Source: a virus. From it: a stretch of 64,000 nt of DNA. Shown piece after piece: positions 10,189-19,242 of this stretch. The notes beneath the pieces were generated by a model that worked only from the letters and a program-made list of their open reading frames with translations, was not told the DNA's origin and made no database searches. Position 1 is the stretch's first letter; each line of letters starts with the position of its first letter. A program made the translations under genes and the position numbers. The stretch spans positions 635-64,634 of IMG/VR virus record IMGVR_UViG_2563366762_000007; one strand, written 5' to 3'.

Positions 10189-10242
10189 CGGAAACATATC
10201 CACTACGTTTTTGGCACTATCGGTAGGCGGGAACATATCCAC
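10189..10242 (-). repeat. Two extra copies of the rlmD VDMFP-coding arm inside the prophage end
   Basis: GCGGGAACATATCCAC at 10227-10242 is identical to 62566-62581. CGGAAACATATCCAC lies at 10189-10203. Confidence 0.8.
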
Positions 10243-10344
10243 TATAATCTTATAAAAGAAAGATGCGTCTTAATTTTAAATTAAGATTATGCTAATAATT
10301 TCATTAATAAATTGGAATTTAATAACCAAGCATATCTATAATCA

Positions 10345-11088
10345 CTAATAAAGAATATCAATCTCCGTAATCATCATTGCATGGTCTGGATACGCTGGTT
10401 TAATATCCCACACTTCACCAATCCTTATATTACTTTTTTGCGGATACTGCTCGTCATCTTCAATAAAATCCCACTTATATTCTGATGTTATTTGCAAATC
10501 ATCACTTCCTAATACATGGTCAACATCCCCAAAGCCATTAATAAGCTTAGTATTCTTTTCTACGTATACAATACTTGAATTGTCAATTTCTTGTGTATTA
10601 TACTTTAATTTTCCTATGTTGCATTTTGGAAACCAGTGACTCATACGATTTTTCTTTATATTAAAGTCTCCCGTACAAATAAAGGACTCTTTTAATTGCG
10701 ACAAATATTTATTCAATGGTTTAGTTTGTGAAGATGCATTAATAGGTGATAACATTCTAACTCCAATAACAGAAAACTTCTTATTACAACTATTAGTGTA
10801 ACTAATATGCAAAAAATTATAACATGAAGCCTCTTCGGTAGCTCTTATTAATTCTATTCCATTAGGTGCTATCTTCTTGCTTATTGCAATAAGTATTTGA
10901 TTACCGGAGAGAGCAATACTCTCTTTTATCCAATAACCTCCACTTAATGCATTCTTTATTCGAATATCATCTATATATTCCACCAAGCAAATTATGTCTG
11001 CCTGTTGTTCTAATATTCTATTATATACAAATGGCTTAACGAGAACCTTATTTGTCATCTTATGTATATTCCATTCTAATAATTTCAT
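10345..11088 (-). CDS. Endonuclease/exonuclease/phosphatase (EEP) family protein
   Basis: Motifs WNI, ADIICLVE, TGDFN, VDHV, PDHAM. Confidence 0.8.
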   Translation of the reverse strand: MKLLEWNIHKMTNKVLVKPFVYNRILEQQADIICLVEYIDDIRIKNALSGGYWIKESIALSGNQILIAISKKIAPNGIELIRATEEASCYNFLHISYTNSCNKKFSVIGVRMLSPINASSQTKPLNKYLSQLKESFICTGDFNIKKNRMSHWFPKCNIGKLKYNTQEIDNSSIVYVEKNTKLINGFGDVDHVLGSDDLQITSEYKWDFIEDDEQYPQKSNIRIGEVWDIKPAYPDHAMMITEIDILY

Positions 11089-11113
11089 ATTTGCTTGTCT
11101 CCTACACAAATCA

Positions 11114-12028
11114 CTATTTGTTTTTTGAATATACCCAAAATAAAATGCTATCTGTTAGTCTCAAACAAAATAGCGCATCTTCAATTGTTGGTGATTCAAT
11201 AGTATTCTCATTCCTATGGGTCCCGTAATCAGACATCATAGAGTAAATCATATAAATTGCTTTGGTCTTTGTCAGCTTTCCGTCTTTATTTTCATTGAAA
11301 AAATCTGCTAAATCCTCTTTTTTCAGGTCTGACTTAAGAGCCCTATCTAAGTCAGCAACCGTTGCAGTTGCACTGTCTCCGCTGGTGTTAAAGACACCTC
11401 TCATCCACTTTGCGAAATTTTCAGTCCCCTTATATTTTGAAAATATACTTACAATACTTGTCCTACATGATTCAATACAAGCTCCTGAATGCCCCTGTGT
11501 ATAAGCATCAATAGCAGATTTGTAAGCATCATATACTTCTTTATGGTTATTTTTTATCCATGACTCAACAGAAAACATCTCACTTACTCTGGAAAAGTCG
11601 CTTTCCATACAAGCAGAAACTTTAACTTTATCAAATTCAATGGCTATACTTAACCCTAAAATTTCGTATAGTTTAGCTAGCTCTTCAAAATCTTCATCGC
11701 TATCTTCAGAAATCCATCTTACATTGAAGGATTTAGTTATTTCTTTTAGCAGATTGATAATATCTTCATGCCTATTTTCCTTATACAAATCCGAGAAAAT
11801 ACTATCTAAACCTAGAAACACATCGTATTCCTCGTTATTATTCTCAAATTTGTGCGCATAGCCTTGATTGTAGAAATACGGCACTAGGTAATCCATATAT
11901 TTTTCATAAAGATCATTAAGTCCAACGCATTTTAATCTAGCCTTAAATTCTGAATTTTTCCTTATAAAAAAGCCTGGCCTGCTAAGAATTTCCGCAATTT
12001 TTGAAAGAATTATTTCCTTATCATTCAT
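11114..12028 (-). CDS. Putative abortive-infection (Abi_C/HEPN-like C-terminus) protein
   Basis: Helical C-terminus AYKSAIDAY...ACIESCRTSI...SDYGTHR...DALFCL. The family call is tentative. Confidence 0.4.
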   Translation of the reverse strand: MNDKEIILSKIAEILSRPGFFIRKNSEFKARLKCVGLNDLYEKYMDYLVPYFYNQGYAHKFENNNEEYDVFLGLDSIFSDLYKENRHEDIINLLKEITKSFNVRWISEDSDEDFEELAKLYEILGLSIAIEFDKVKVSACMESDFSRVSEMFSVESWIKNNHKEVYDAYKSAIDAYTQGHSGACIESCRTSIVSIFSKYKGTENFAKWMRGVFNTSGDSATATVADLDRALKSDLKKEDLADFFNENKDGKLTKTKAIYMIYSMMSDYGTHRNENTIESPTIEDALFCLRLTDSILFWVYSKNK

Positions 12029-12047
12029 TTTTTCACCCCATTAATGT

Positions 12048-12884
12048 TTAATACTTTTTCAAAGCAGGTAGCACCATCTCCAAATACTCCTGCCAATAAT
12101 CATTATCCCCTTCCATGTCATGAAGCCAATAGTACATTAACAGTATTTCAAATTCTTGCTTTCTTCCTTTTGTGAAGGATTTTTTCGGCATCTTTCTATA
12201 TAGGGAATCGAGATTAAAAAGATTACTTTTTTGCTTGTAATCATAATCGTACTTTCTCCAAGTATATTGACTCTTCTTTCTATGCGTTGATGGCCAAACA
12301 TCCTCGTTTTCAAAAAAACTATTTACCCAACCATAAGCAAAGGCAAGCAGATTAACCTGATACTTTGCCCATGTCTTGTCGATCCAATCAGTTATTTCTT
12401 CTGATATCGATGGTATTCCGAAATTAAACCTTTGCTCGCTTTCAACTCTATGATAGTCTTTAATAAAAAGAAAAAGCATCTCTGTTTGGTCTTTAAGAAA
12501 TGGTAACTTTTTAATGAGCTGGGAATAGCAATCATAGGAAGCATTTCTAAATTCACTATCAGTACTATACAGAAAGAAGAACTCATTCTCCTTCATAATG
12601 TTTCCGATGTATCTGTGCACTTGCTTCCCGTATTCATTGTAAATACCAACAACCCATTCTCGAACTTCAGAATCATACTCCCTAAGCTGCTTCCGATACT
12701 TCTCTAGCTTTTCATTATGGAGTACTGTTTTTTCTTCAGCTTCCGTAATATTCAGATAGTTGTTAAAATACTCGAATACATAATCAACACAGATTTTCAT
12801 ATTTTGTGCACGTGCATCAATGTCAAATTCATTGAGTTTATCTTCCTTTTTTCTTCGTGCAATGTATTCCTCAATACTTAGCAT
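12048..12884 (-). CDS. Hypothetical protein (278 aa)
   Basis: Long ORF with GAGGTG RBS, aromatic-rich and predicted helical. Confidence 0.75.
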   Translation of the reverse strand: MLSIEEYIARRKKEDKLNEFDIDARAQNMKICVDYVFEYFNNYLNITEAEEKTVLHNEKLEKYRKQLREYDSEVREWVVGIYNEYGKQVHRYIGNIMKENEFFFLYSTDSEFRNASYDCYSQLIKKLPFLKDQTEMLFLFIKDYHRVESEQRFNFGIPSISEEITDWIDKTWAKYQVNLLAFAYGWVNSFFENEDVWPSTHRKKSQYTWRKYDYDYKQKSNLFNLDSLYRKMPKKSFTKGRKQEFEILLMYYWLHDMEGDNDYWQEYLEMVLPALKKY

Positions 12885-12932
12885 TTAAACCACCTCAAGC
12901 TTTTTCGCTCTCATGGAGCAAACATATCACCC

Positions 12933-13037
12933 TCACAACTCACGTATTCTTTCCGTAATCATGGCTTTTCTTGCTTCATAAAACTTTTCGAAGTCCTCAA
13001 TTTCAAGTGATGCATTTCCGTTATTTCTACATAACAT
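12933..13037 (-). pseudogene. Short C-terminal remnant, GmrSD/DUF262-like tail
   Basis: Reads ...SLEIEDFEKFYEARKAMITERIREL*. Confidence 0.35.
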
Positions 13038-13052
13038 TAATTTTACCAATAT

Positions 13053-13811
13053 TTAATACGCACTTTGATACAATGTGCTTGTTTTACTACTATCTGATTT
13101 TTTTAAATTACAATCTTGACATGATAATTGAATGTTACACACGTCATTTATTCCGCCCTCATTTAATGATACAATATGATCAAAATGTTTTTCATTATCT
13201 TCTAACAATGAATATAATCCAGTTAAATCCCTTTTACAGAAAACACAACGACCTTTGTCCCTAAACAGTGCTGCACGCTTTACCCATTCTGGAATATACA
13301 CTCTTTTTCTTGGGTTGTCCTCAAATGCAACAGCCTGCTGATTATTAAATCTTAGTAGGAAATCTCTGTTTTGAAACAAGATATATTCGACTTCAATGGC
13401 AATATCATATATGACACCATCAAACATCCCATCTTCATATCTATTAAGGTATTCTATATATTCATTGTATGTTTCCAGATAATCCTCATGGTCAACTTTA
13501 AAATCATTGCTCAAAGAAATGTCTGTCCCTCTATATTTTAGAATAGCTTGATTTATCCAAGAGATAGGATTAAACTCCACAATTTCTCCTGAATTTGCTA
13601 TATGATTTGCCTGCTCATAAAAAACCCTTTCAATAAGCCATGAACAATATTCCCTCAATACAGATACTTTCGGAAACTCTTCTGGCTCTATTTCAAACTG
13701 CCGTTCCGTAAATTCAGCATTAGTGGTAACGTATTCAAACTTCCCCATACTTTCATTAGCAAGATGACAAAAATAGTACACATTAAAAAATTTTATATCT
13801 ATAGTTATCAT
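13053..13811 (-). CDS. HNH endonuclease (C-terminal domain)
   Basis: RDKGRCVFC...HFDHIVSLNEGGINDVCNIQLSCQDCNLKK. Confidence 0.85.
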   Translation of the reverse strand: MITIDIKFFNVYYFCHLANESMGKFEYVTTNAEFTERQFEIEPEEFPKVSVLREYCSWLIERVFYEQANHIANSGEIVEFNPISWINQAILKYRGTDISLSNDFKVDHEDYLETYNEYIEYLNRYEDGMFDGVIYDIAIEVEYILFQNRDFLLRFNNQQAVAFEDNPRKRVYIPEWVKRAALFRDKGRCVFCKRDLTGLYSLLEDNEKHFDHIVSLNEGGINDVCNIQLSCQDCNLKKSDSSKTSTLYQSAY

Positions 13812-13813
13812 CG

Positions 13814-14335
13814 CTACACCTCTTCGTTATAAAAACTTGATTTGTATTTCAATAACGTATCTTCAACTTCATGCCAGATTGTTACCGTTTCACCGTCATC
13901 CTCAAATACTTTACCGTGGCTCTTAGGCCCATCCAACTTCATCTGTGAGTAATTATTCTTAAAAGTCGGCACGTACAATTCCGGGTTGTTTTCGTCACTG
14001 CATAAGCGTTCCATCATGTCTATAGTAGCACGACCTGTGGTAGCCACTGCCTTAAAATAAGCACGGATGATTTTATGGTTATATTGATTCGGCTTAACAG
14101 CCCATACTGGGATTCGTTGATTTGCTTTTCCGTAAAAATCCTTGTTTGTATCCTCATTCTGTCTTGCTACTGTCTTTGGGTTATAGACTTGTGATGCTTT
14201 TTCAAAAGTTTTTGCAATATACCAACGCATACAACTTTCCACTGCGGTGTCTTGTGTTTCATTAGTTAAATTCAATGCGATGCGGAACTTCTCATATACA
14301 TCTGCATCCACTGTAAAGGTAACGCTCTTATTCAC
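13814..14335 (-). CDS. Putative DNA-binding protein (RHH-like N-terminus)
   Basis: KSVTFTVDADVYEKFRIAL...AVESCMRWYI shows a beta-alpha-alpha pattern. An upstream inverted repeat TTACAAAT/ATTTGTAA is present. Confidence 0.5.
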   Translation of the reverse strand: MNKSVTFTVDADVYEKFRIALNLTNETQDTAVESCMRWYIAKTFEKASQVYNPKTVARQNEDTNKDFYGKANQRIPVWAVKPNQYNHKIIRAYFKAVATTGRATIDMMERLCSDENNPELYVPTFKNNYSQMKLDGPKSHGKVFEDDGETVTIWHEVEDTLLKYKSSFYNEEV

Positions 14336-14438
14336 CGTTTACACCTCCGCTAATTACTCTATTACAAATTATACCACTGATTTGTAATTTGTAAATACTA
14401 ATCAACTAATTTGTATTGACTCATCAACAGGAACACGA

Positions 14439-14466
14439 AAAACACCCTGCATTTCAGCAAGGTGTT
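14439..14466 (-). terminator. Terminator after the recombinase operon
   Basis: AACACCTTGC-loop-GCAGGGTGTT followed by T's on the minus strand. Confidence 0.6.
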
Positions 14467-14489
14467 AGATTCTAATAACATTTTGCTAT

Positions 14490-16061
14490 TCAATTTTCAA
14501 TGTCTATACTAATGGCTGACTTAAATTCCACCTCAATCCTGTCATCGTGGACCGTAACTTTTTCAATAAGCCGCCTTACTAACTGCTCATCATATTCCTC
14601 CAGCTCGCAGGATTGCTCATTCAAGAAATCAGTCATTTCAGCGATTCGTTGCCTTTTTCCTTCACGCTCTGCATTTTCAACAAGTGCATTTTGCTTCAAT
14701 TCTCGAAGGCGGTAGATTTCATCAGCCACATCTTCATAGTCATTCTTGGATTTTGCTTGGATAAGAAGCTGTTGTTGTAATTCTTCCAATTTGCTATCAA
14801 TATCATTGGTGGCATTATCATTTTCTTCACTAAGTATAGTAGTTATGTTTTTCTGCAACGCCTGGATGAAGGGTTCTTTGTTAGCCAAAAGTTCGTTAAT
14901 AGCCTTAACTACTGCTGTCTGCAATGTTTCCTCGTTTATGGTAGGGGCAGTGCATTCAGAATCCTTCTCCTCCAGACGGCTGACGCATCTCCAAACAATA
15001 GACTTGTAACCTCGGTTATTCCAGTGTACCCGGCGGTAAATATCACCGCACTGTCCACAGTAAACAATACTCGATAAAGCATACTTACTACTATAGACCC
15101 GCTTTTTACCGTCCTTGCCCCCGCGAAGATTTGCTCTTCGAACCATCTCTTCTTGAACCTGCATAAAAAGCTCACGTGGAATGATAGGCTCATGGCTGTT
15201 TTCTACATAATACTGGGGAACGATGCCGTTATTCTTTACTCGCTTTTTAGAAAGGAAATCAACCGTATATGTTTTTTGTAGAAGGGCATCACCGATGTAC
15301 TTTTCATTCTGCAGTATCTTTTTCAGTGTTTCTGGTCTCCATTTGGCTTTGCCTGCCGCTGTTAGAATACCGTCTGCTTCTAGTCCTCTTGCTATCTGTA
15401 AAAGGCTGGCTCCCTCTAGGTACTCCCTGTAAATCCGTTTAACAACCTCAGCACCCTCTGGGTCAATCACTAATTGCTTGTTTTCATCCTTGGTGTAACC
15501 AAGGAAACGCTTGTGATTGACCTGGACTTCGCCTTGCTGATATCGATACTGAATTCCCAGCTTAACGTTCTGACTTAAGGATTGACTTTCCTGTTGGGCA
15601 AGGGATGCCATGATGGTCAGCAATACTTCACCCTTAGAATCCATGGTGTTGATATTCTCTTTCTCGAAGAATACCGCTATGTTTTTATCCTTTAACTGAC
15701 GGATGTATTTAAGGCAATCCAACGTGTTTCTGGCAAATCGGCTGATGGATTTTGTGATAATCATGTCAATTTTTCCTGCCATACATTCTTCAATCATGCG
15801 GTTGAACTCTTCACGCTTCTTGGTATTTGTACCTGTGATGCCGTCATCTGCAAAAATACCTGCCAGTTCCCATTCCTTGTTCTTCTTAATATATTTTGTA
15901 TAATGCTCGATCTGAATTTCATAACTTGAAGCCTGCTCTTCACTATCCGTTGAAACACGACAGTAAGCAGCCACTCGTATTTTGGGTTTGCTTTCACTAT
16001 TTTTATTATTTCCAACCCGTTTAATTGCCGGAATCACTGTTACATTCCTACTTACCGCCAC
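14490..16061 (-). CDS. Large serine recombinase
   Basis: AYCRVST catalytic motif, KSISRFARN, recombinase domain, and CxxC...C...C zinc ribbon with coiled coil. Confidence 0.95.
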   Translation of the reverse strand: MAVSRNVTVIPAIKRVGNNKNSESKPKIRVAAYCRVSTDSEEQASSYEIQIEHYTKYIKKNKEWELAGIFADDGITGTNTKKREEFNRMIEECMAGKIDMIITKSISRFARNTLDCLKYIRQLKDKNIAVFFEKENINTMDSKGEVLLTIMASLAQQESQSLSQNVKLGIQYRYQQGEVQVNHKRFLGYTKDENKQLVIDPEGAEVVKRIYREYLEGASLLQIARGLEADGILTAAGKAKWRPETLKKILQNEKYIGDALLQKTYTVDFLSKKRVKNNGIVPQYYVENSHEPIIPRELFMQVQEEMVRRANLRGGKDGKKRVYSSKYALSSIVYCGQCGDIYRRVHWNNRGYKSIVWRCVSRLEEKDSECTAPTINEETLQTAVVKAINELLANKEPFIQALQKNITTILSEENDNATNDIDSKLEELQQQLLIQAKSKNDYEDVADEIYRLRELKQNALVENAEREGKRQRIAEMTDFLNEQSCELEEYDEQLVRRLIEKVTVHDDRIEVEFKSAISIDIEN

Positions 16062-16064
16062 TTG

Positions 16065-16478
16065 TTACACCTCACTTTCTATCAGACTGTAAGCATATTC
16101 CGCCTGCTTGTATGGATCTTCATATTTTTGCACCCGAGGTTTTACTTTGAACTTTACAGGGTAATCCCTTACCGGTTCATCTTTAGGCTCCCATATCCTT
16201 CCGAGCTTTTCTGCTCGTTTTCGTTTTTCTACTCTGGCTTTTTCAAAGGTCTCTTCATCAATAATTGGGGGGTAGAATTCATCGCCCAAGTAATGCTTGT
16301 TCTGCAACATCTTACTTGCTGTGGCATGGTAGCAGTCTATCCCAGCTTTTTTAGTAGCACCCTTCAAAGAAAGTCCTGCCAAGTATCCTGAAAATAATTC
16401 TTTTACTTGTTCTGCTGCTATTTCATCTACAACAGCCTTTCCATCTTCAATTCTATATCCATACGGTGTGTGACCCAT
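16065..16478 (-). CDS. Small recombinase-domain protein (no catalytic domain)
   Basis: PYGYRIEDG...MLQNKHYLG...PPIIDEETFEKA. Confidence 0.85.
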   Translation of the reverse strand: MGHTPYGYRIEDGKAVVDEIAAEQVKELFSGYLAGLSLKGATKKAGIDCYHATASKMLQNKHYLGDEFYPPIIDEETFEKARVEKRKRAEKLGRIWEPKDEPVRDYPVKFKVKPRVQKYEDPYKQAEYAYSLIESEV

Positions 16479-18041
16479 CTAATTCACCAACCTTTCCTTC
16501 AATGCGATTCCACATTTTAATTCAAATCCCACTTCCTCTCGTGAAAAGACCATAATCTTTTCTACGTAATTTTCAAACAGTTCATCCTCATAGGCTGTAA
16601 GCATTTGGGACTTAGTTGCAAACTTAAGCAGACGGTCAACCTCTTCAACTTTTGTAAAATTCCCATTGACGGAACGAGTAAGTTGATTCTTTTCGACAAG
16701 AAGCCTTTCTCTTTCTGCTTCCAGTGAATTCTTTTCTTTATTAAACAGAGCAGGTTCCAGATATCCTTTGGCCATTAAACCCGTCAGCATCTGACTCTGC
16801 TCCATGTTGTTTTCAATCTTAGTTTCCAACTCTTCAATTCTACGAAAACTCGCTACATTATTCTGGTTACGTAACCCATTCAAAAGTGGTCTTAATATGA
16901 ACTTCTGACCGTAAATGAGTTTATTCATCATCGTAACAAATGCAGTCTTTATATCGTCATCCCGTATGAACTGCATGGAACATTCCGTTATCTGGCTTAT
17001 ATGCTTACTGCAGCACCAAGCGATGTATTTCCTTCCAGATGAATGAATCCTTCTTTTAAAGGTACTGCCACATTCCGAGCAGATAATTTTGCTAGAGAAA
17101 GCATATCGGTTTAGATATTTGCTGTTGCGCTTTTCGATGCTTTTTTCCTTTGCTCTCTGATTGAGAACGGCATCTACGGCTTCAAAATCTTCATGGCTGA
17201 TAATTGCCTCATGATGGTTTTCTACTAGATACATATCTTTCTCACCATAATTGGTGTGCCTATTAAAATGGCTGTCCGTATAAGTCTTTTGCAAAATAAC
17301 ATCACCAGTATATTTTTCATTAGTCAGAATCCCTCTAATCGTAGTAGCTGTCCAACGACCGCCTCTTTTTGATGGGATACCCTTTTGATTAAGATCATTT
17401 GCAACTTTCTGTGTGCCTTTGCCCGATAATACCTCTGCAAAAATATACTTCACAACTTCAGCCTGCTTGGGGTTTACTATCATTTGACCGTCATTATTTT
17501 GATAACCATATGGCGGGTAGGAAATTTTAAAGGTTCCGTTTTGAAATCGTCTTTGAATGGCCCACTTCGTATTTTCTGAAATGGAAATTGACTCACTTTC
17601 TGCAAGCCCACTTAAAATGGAGAGCATCAATTCACTTTCCATTGAACCCGTATTGATATTTTCCTTCTCAAAATAGATATGAACCCCAAGGTCTATCAGT
17701 TTTCGGACCATCTCCAAGCAGTCTGTAGTATTTCTCGCAAATCGGCTGATGGACTTTGTAATGATTAAGTCAATTCTCCCAGTTTCACAGTCTGATAACA
17801 TTCTAAGCAGGTCAGAGCGTTTTTCCTTTTTCGTGCCACTGATTCCCTCGTCATAATATAAGCCTGCATATTCCCATTCTGGATTCGCCTTTATATAAGT
17901 CTCATAATGAGCCTTTTGTGTTTGCAGGCTGACTAGTTGTTCATCACTATCTGTAGAAACTCGACAGTAGGCAACTACTCGTGTTTTTGGCTTAATAAAA
18001 GTATTAGCTGGATTTCCTTCTATTTTCGTTATCTTTTTCAT
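16479..18041 (-). CDS. Large serine recombinase
   Basis: Motifs [26 protein letters not shown] zinc ribbon. Confidence 0.95.
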   Translation of the reverse strand: MKKITKIEGNPANTFIKPKTRVVAYCRVSTDSDEQLVSLQTQKAHYETYIKANPEWEYAGLYYDEGISGTKKEKRSDLLRMLSDCETGRIDLIITKSISRFARNTTDCLEMVRKLIDLGVHIYFEKENINTGSMESELMLSILSGLAESESISISENTKWAIQRRFQNGTFKISYPPYGYQNNDGQMIVNPKQAEVVKYIFAEVLSGKGTQKVANDLNQKGIPSKRGGRWTATTIRGILTNEKYTGDVILQKTYTDSHFNRHTNYGEKDMYLVENHHEAIISHEDFEAVDAVLNQRAKEKSIEKRNSKYLNRYAFSSKIICSECGSTFKRRIHSSGRKYIAWCCSKHISQITECSMQFIRDDDIKTAFVTMMNKLIYGQKFILRPLLNGLRNQNNVASFRRIEELETKIENNMEQSQMLTGLMAKGYLEPALFNKEKNSLEAERERLLVEKNQLTRSVNGNFTKVEEVDRLLKFATKSQMLTAYEDELFENYVEKIMVFSREEVGFELKCGIALKERLVN

Positions 18042-18068
18042 CCTCTCACCTCCTTCTTGGTAGGTCAC

Positions 18069-18097
18069 ATATTACCTCTGAAACCCTTATATATCAA
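18069..18097 (-). promoter_or_regulatory. SigA-like promoter upstream of the recombinases
   Basis: TTGATA-N17-TAATAT on the minus strand. Confidence 0.5.
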
Positions 18098-18102
18098 CGG
18101 CT

Positions 18103-18342
18103 TCAGGGCATTATCTCAGCTAAAAAGGGGTAGAATGTTTGGCGGTTTAATGCGTCTATTTTGTTGAATTCCACTTCAGTTATTAAGCCTTTTTCGAGCA
18201 TCTTTCTCAGCAATTTTTCTGCTTGGATATAATCAAACTCACGTTGTAACTGTTCCTGTGATACTCTCTTAAGTACGGTGGTGCTTTTGTCTACAACCTC
18301 ATCCGAGATCTTCGTAACTTTTTTATCCTCGTGCTGATTCAC
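18103..18342 (-). CDS. Small SHOCT-like protein preceding the recombinases
   Basis: KMLEKGLITEVEFNKI motif and GGAGGTG RBS. Confidence 0.7.
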   Translation of the reverse strand: MNQHEDKKVTKISDEVVDKSTTVLKRVSQEQLQREFDYIQAEKLLRKMLEKGLITEVEFNKIDALNRQTFYPFLAEIMP

Positions 18343-18355
18343 TAAGAATCACCTC

Positions 18356-18392
18356 CTACCTAATAGCCGTGGGAACAGGTCGAAGTTGAGGA
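18356..18392 (-). promoter_or_regulatory. Phage-specific promoter motif, copy 1
   Basis: TCCTCAACTT-N14-GGCTATTAGGTAG. Confidence 0.7.
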
Positions 18393-18421
18393 TTTGTAAA
18401 ATTTAATTTGAATCAGAGCAT

Positions 18422-18459
18422 AAAAAAAAGAGCCTGCAAGGGAAGAACCCCTACAGGCT
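18422..18459 (-). terminator. Terminator after the endolysin
   Basis: AGCCTGTAGGG...CCCTTGCAGGCT followed by a T8 tract. Confidence 0.75.
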
Positions 18460-18523
18460 AGATAATCTAACAGTTTAATATTTTATTTAGGAATCTCGAT
18501 GATTTTTAACTCGCTCCATTTGA

Positions 18524-19225
18524 TTAATCATACTTAATAAATGCATCAGTAAAGCCTGCTTTTTTAGCTTTGGCAAGCTGTGCCTCAGCATTTGTTTTGA
18601 CAGAGTATGCACCAATTTGTACACGGTAATATTTCTTTTTCACTGATTCTGCTGGTTTATTTTCTTCACTTAGTAGTCTCTTCACATCTGCTCGGAAGGT
18701 ACCCATATTCTTTCCATGCTTAGGAAACCAGTGCATCACATCTGCATGGTTACTAGCGATGCCTAGTTTATAACCTTCACTGTGACAGATAATATCCTTA
18801 TCGCTAAACCCATAGAGTTTGCAAAGATATACACAAAGCTCCAAGGCTTCCTTGTAAACAGCAGAAAAATACGAGGCATCGGTCAAACCGTCCTCGCAAA
18901 TTTCAAATCCAATATGAGAATTGTTTGCAGTTCCTCCAGCATGCCAACCTCGGTGATTCCAAGGCAATGTTTGATAGGTTGCAATGGAACCATCTGCTAA
19001 TTTACCAATAAAGGCATGGACACATACTTGACGGCCTCCAGGTTTGTCTTGATTCCAATGGTTGTTATATTGGTTCTTTCCTAGCAAGCCATCGTCAGGG
19101 CCAACATATCGTTTGAGCCACGGGTTGTTAGCTCCAGTTGAGTGGACCATGATGCCCTTCGGCAATATTGTTTTTCCTGCTTTGAAACAGGCATTATTTG
19201 TAAGTATTAACTTATGCAGATTCAT
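18524..19225 (-). CDS. Endolysin, N-acetylmuramoyl-L-alanine amidase (Amidase_2) with SPOR-like C-terminus
   Basis: Motifs MVHST, GWHAGG, GFEICE, CHSE, HAD, and YRVQIGAYS...KAGF. Confidence 0.9.
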   Translation of the reverse strand: MNLHKLILTNNACFKAGKTILPKGIMVHSTGANNPWLKRYVGPDDGLLGKNQYNNHWNQDKPGGRQVCVHAFIGKLADGSIATYQTLPWNHRGWHAGGTANNSHIGFEICEDGLTDASYFSAVYKEALELCVYLCKLYGFSDKDIICHSEGYKLGIASNHADVMHWFPKHGKNMGTFRADVKRLLSEENKPAESVKKKYYRVQIGAYSVKTNAEAQLAKAKKAGFTDAFIKYD

Positions 19226-19242
19226 TACGGTCACCTCACTAA

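Noticed and set aside
9936-10245. Repeated motifs as a CRISPR array
   Set aside because: The copies are degenerate, in both orientations and irregularly spaced, and they derive from rlmD/att sequence. No cas operon is present.
10061-10255. 64 aa plus-strand ORF with a GNIST repeat
   Set aside because: It is the antisense reading of the repeated att arms.
12915-12932. GTGATATGTTTGC as a further att arm
   Set aside because: The match is short, there is no rlmD tail or companion motif nearby, and it is better explained as RBS-ATG-like sequence.
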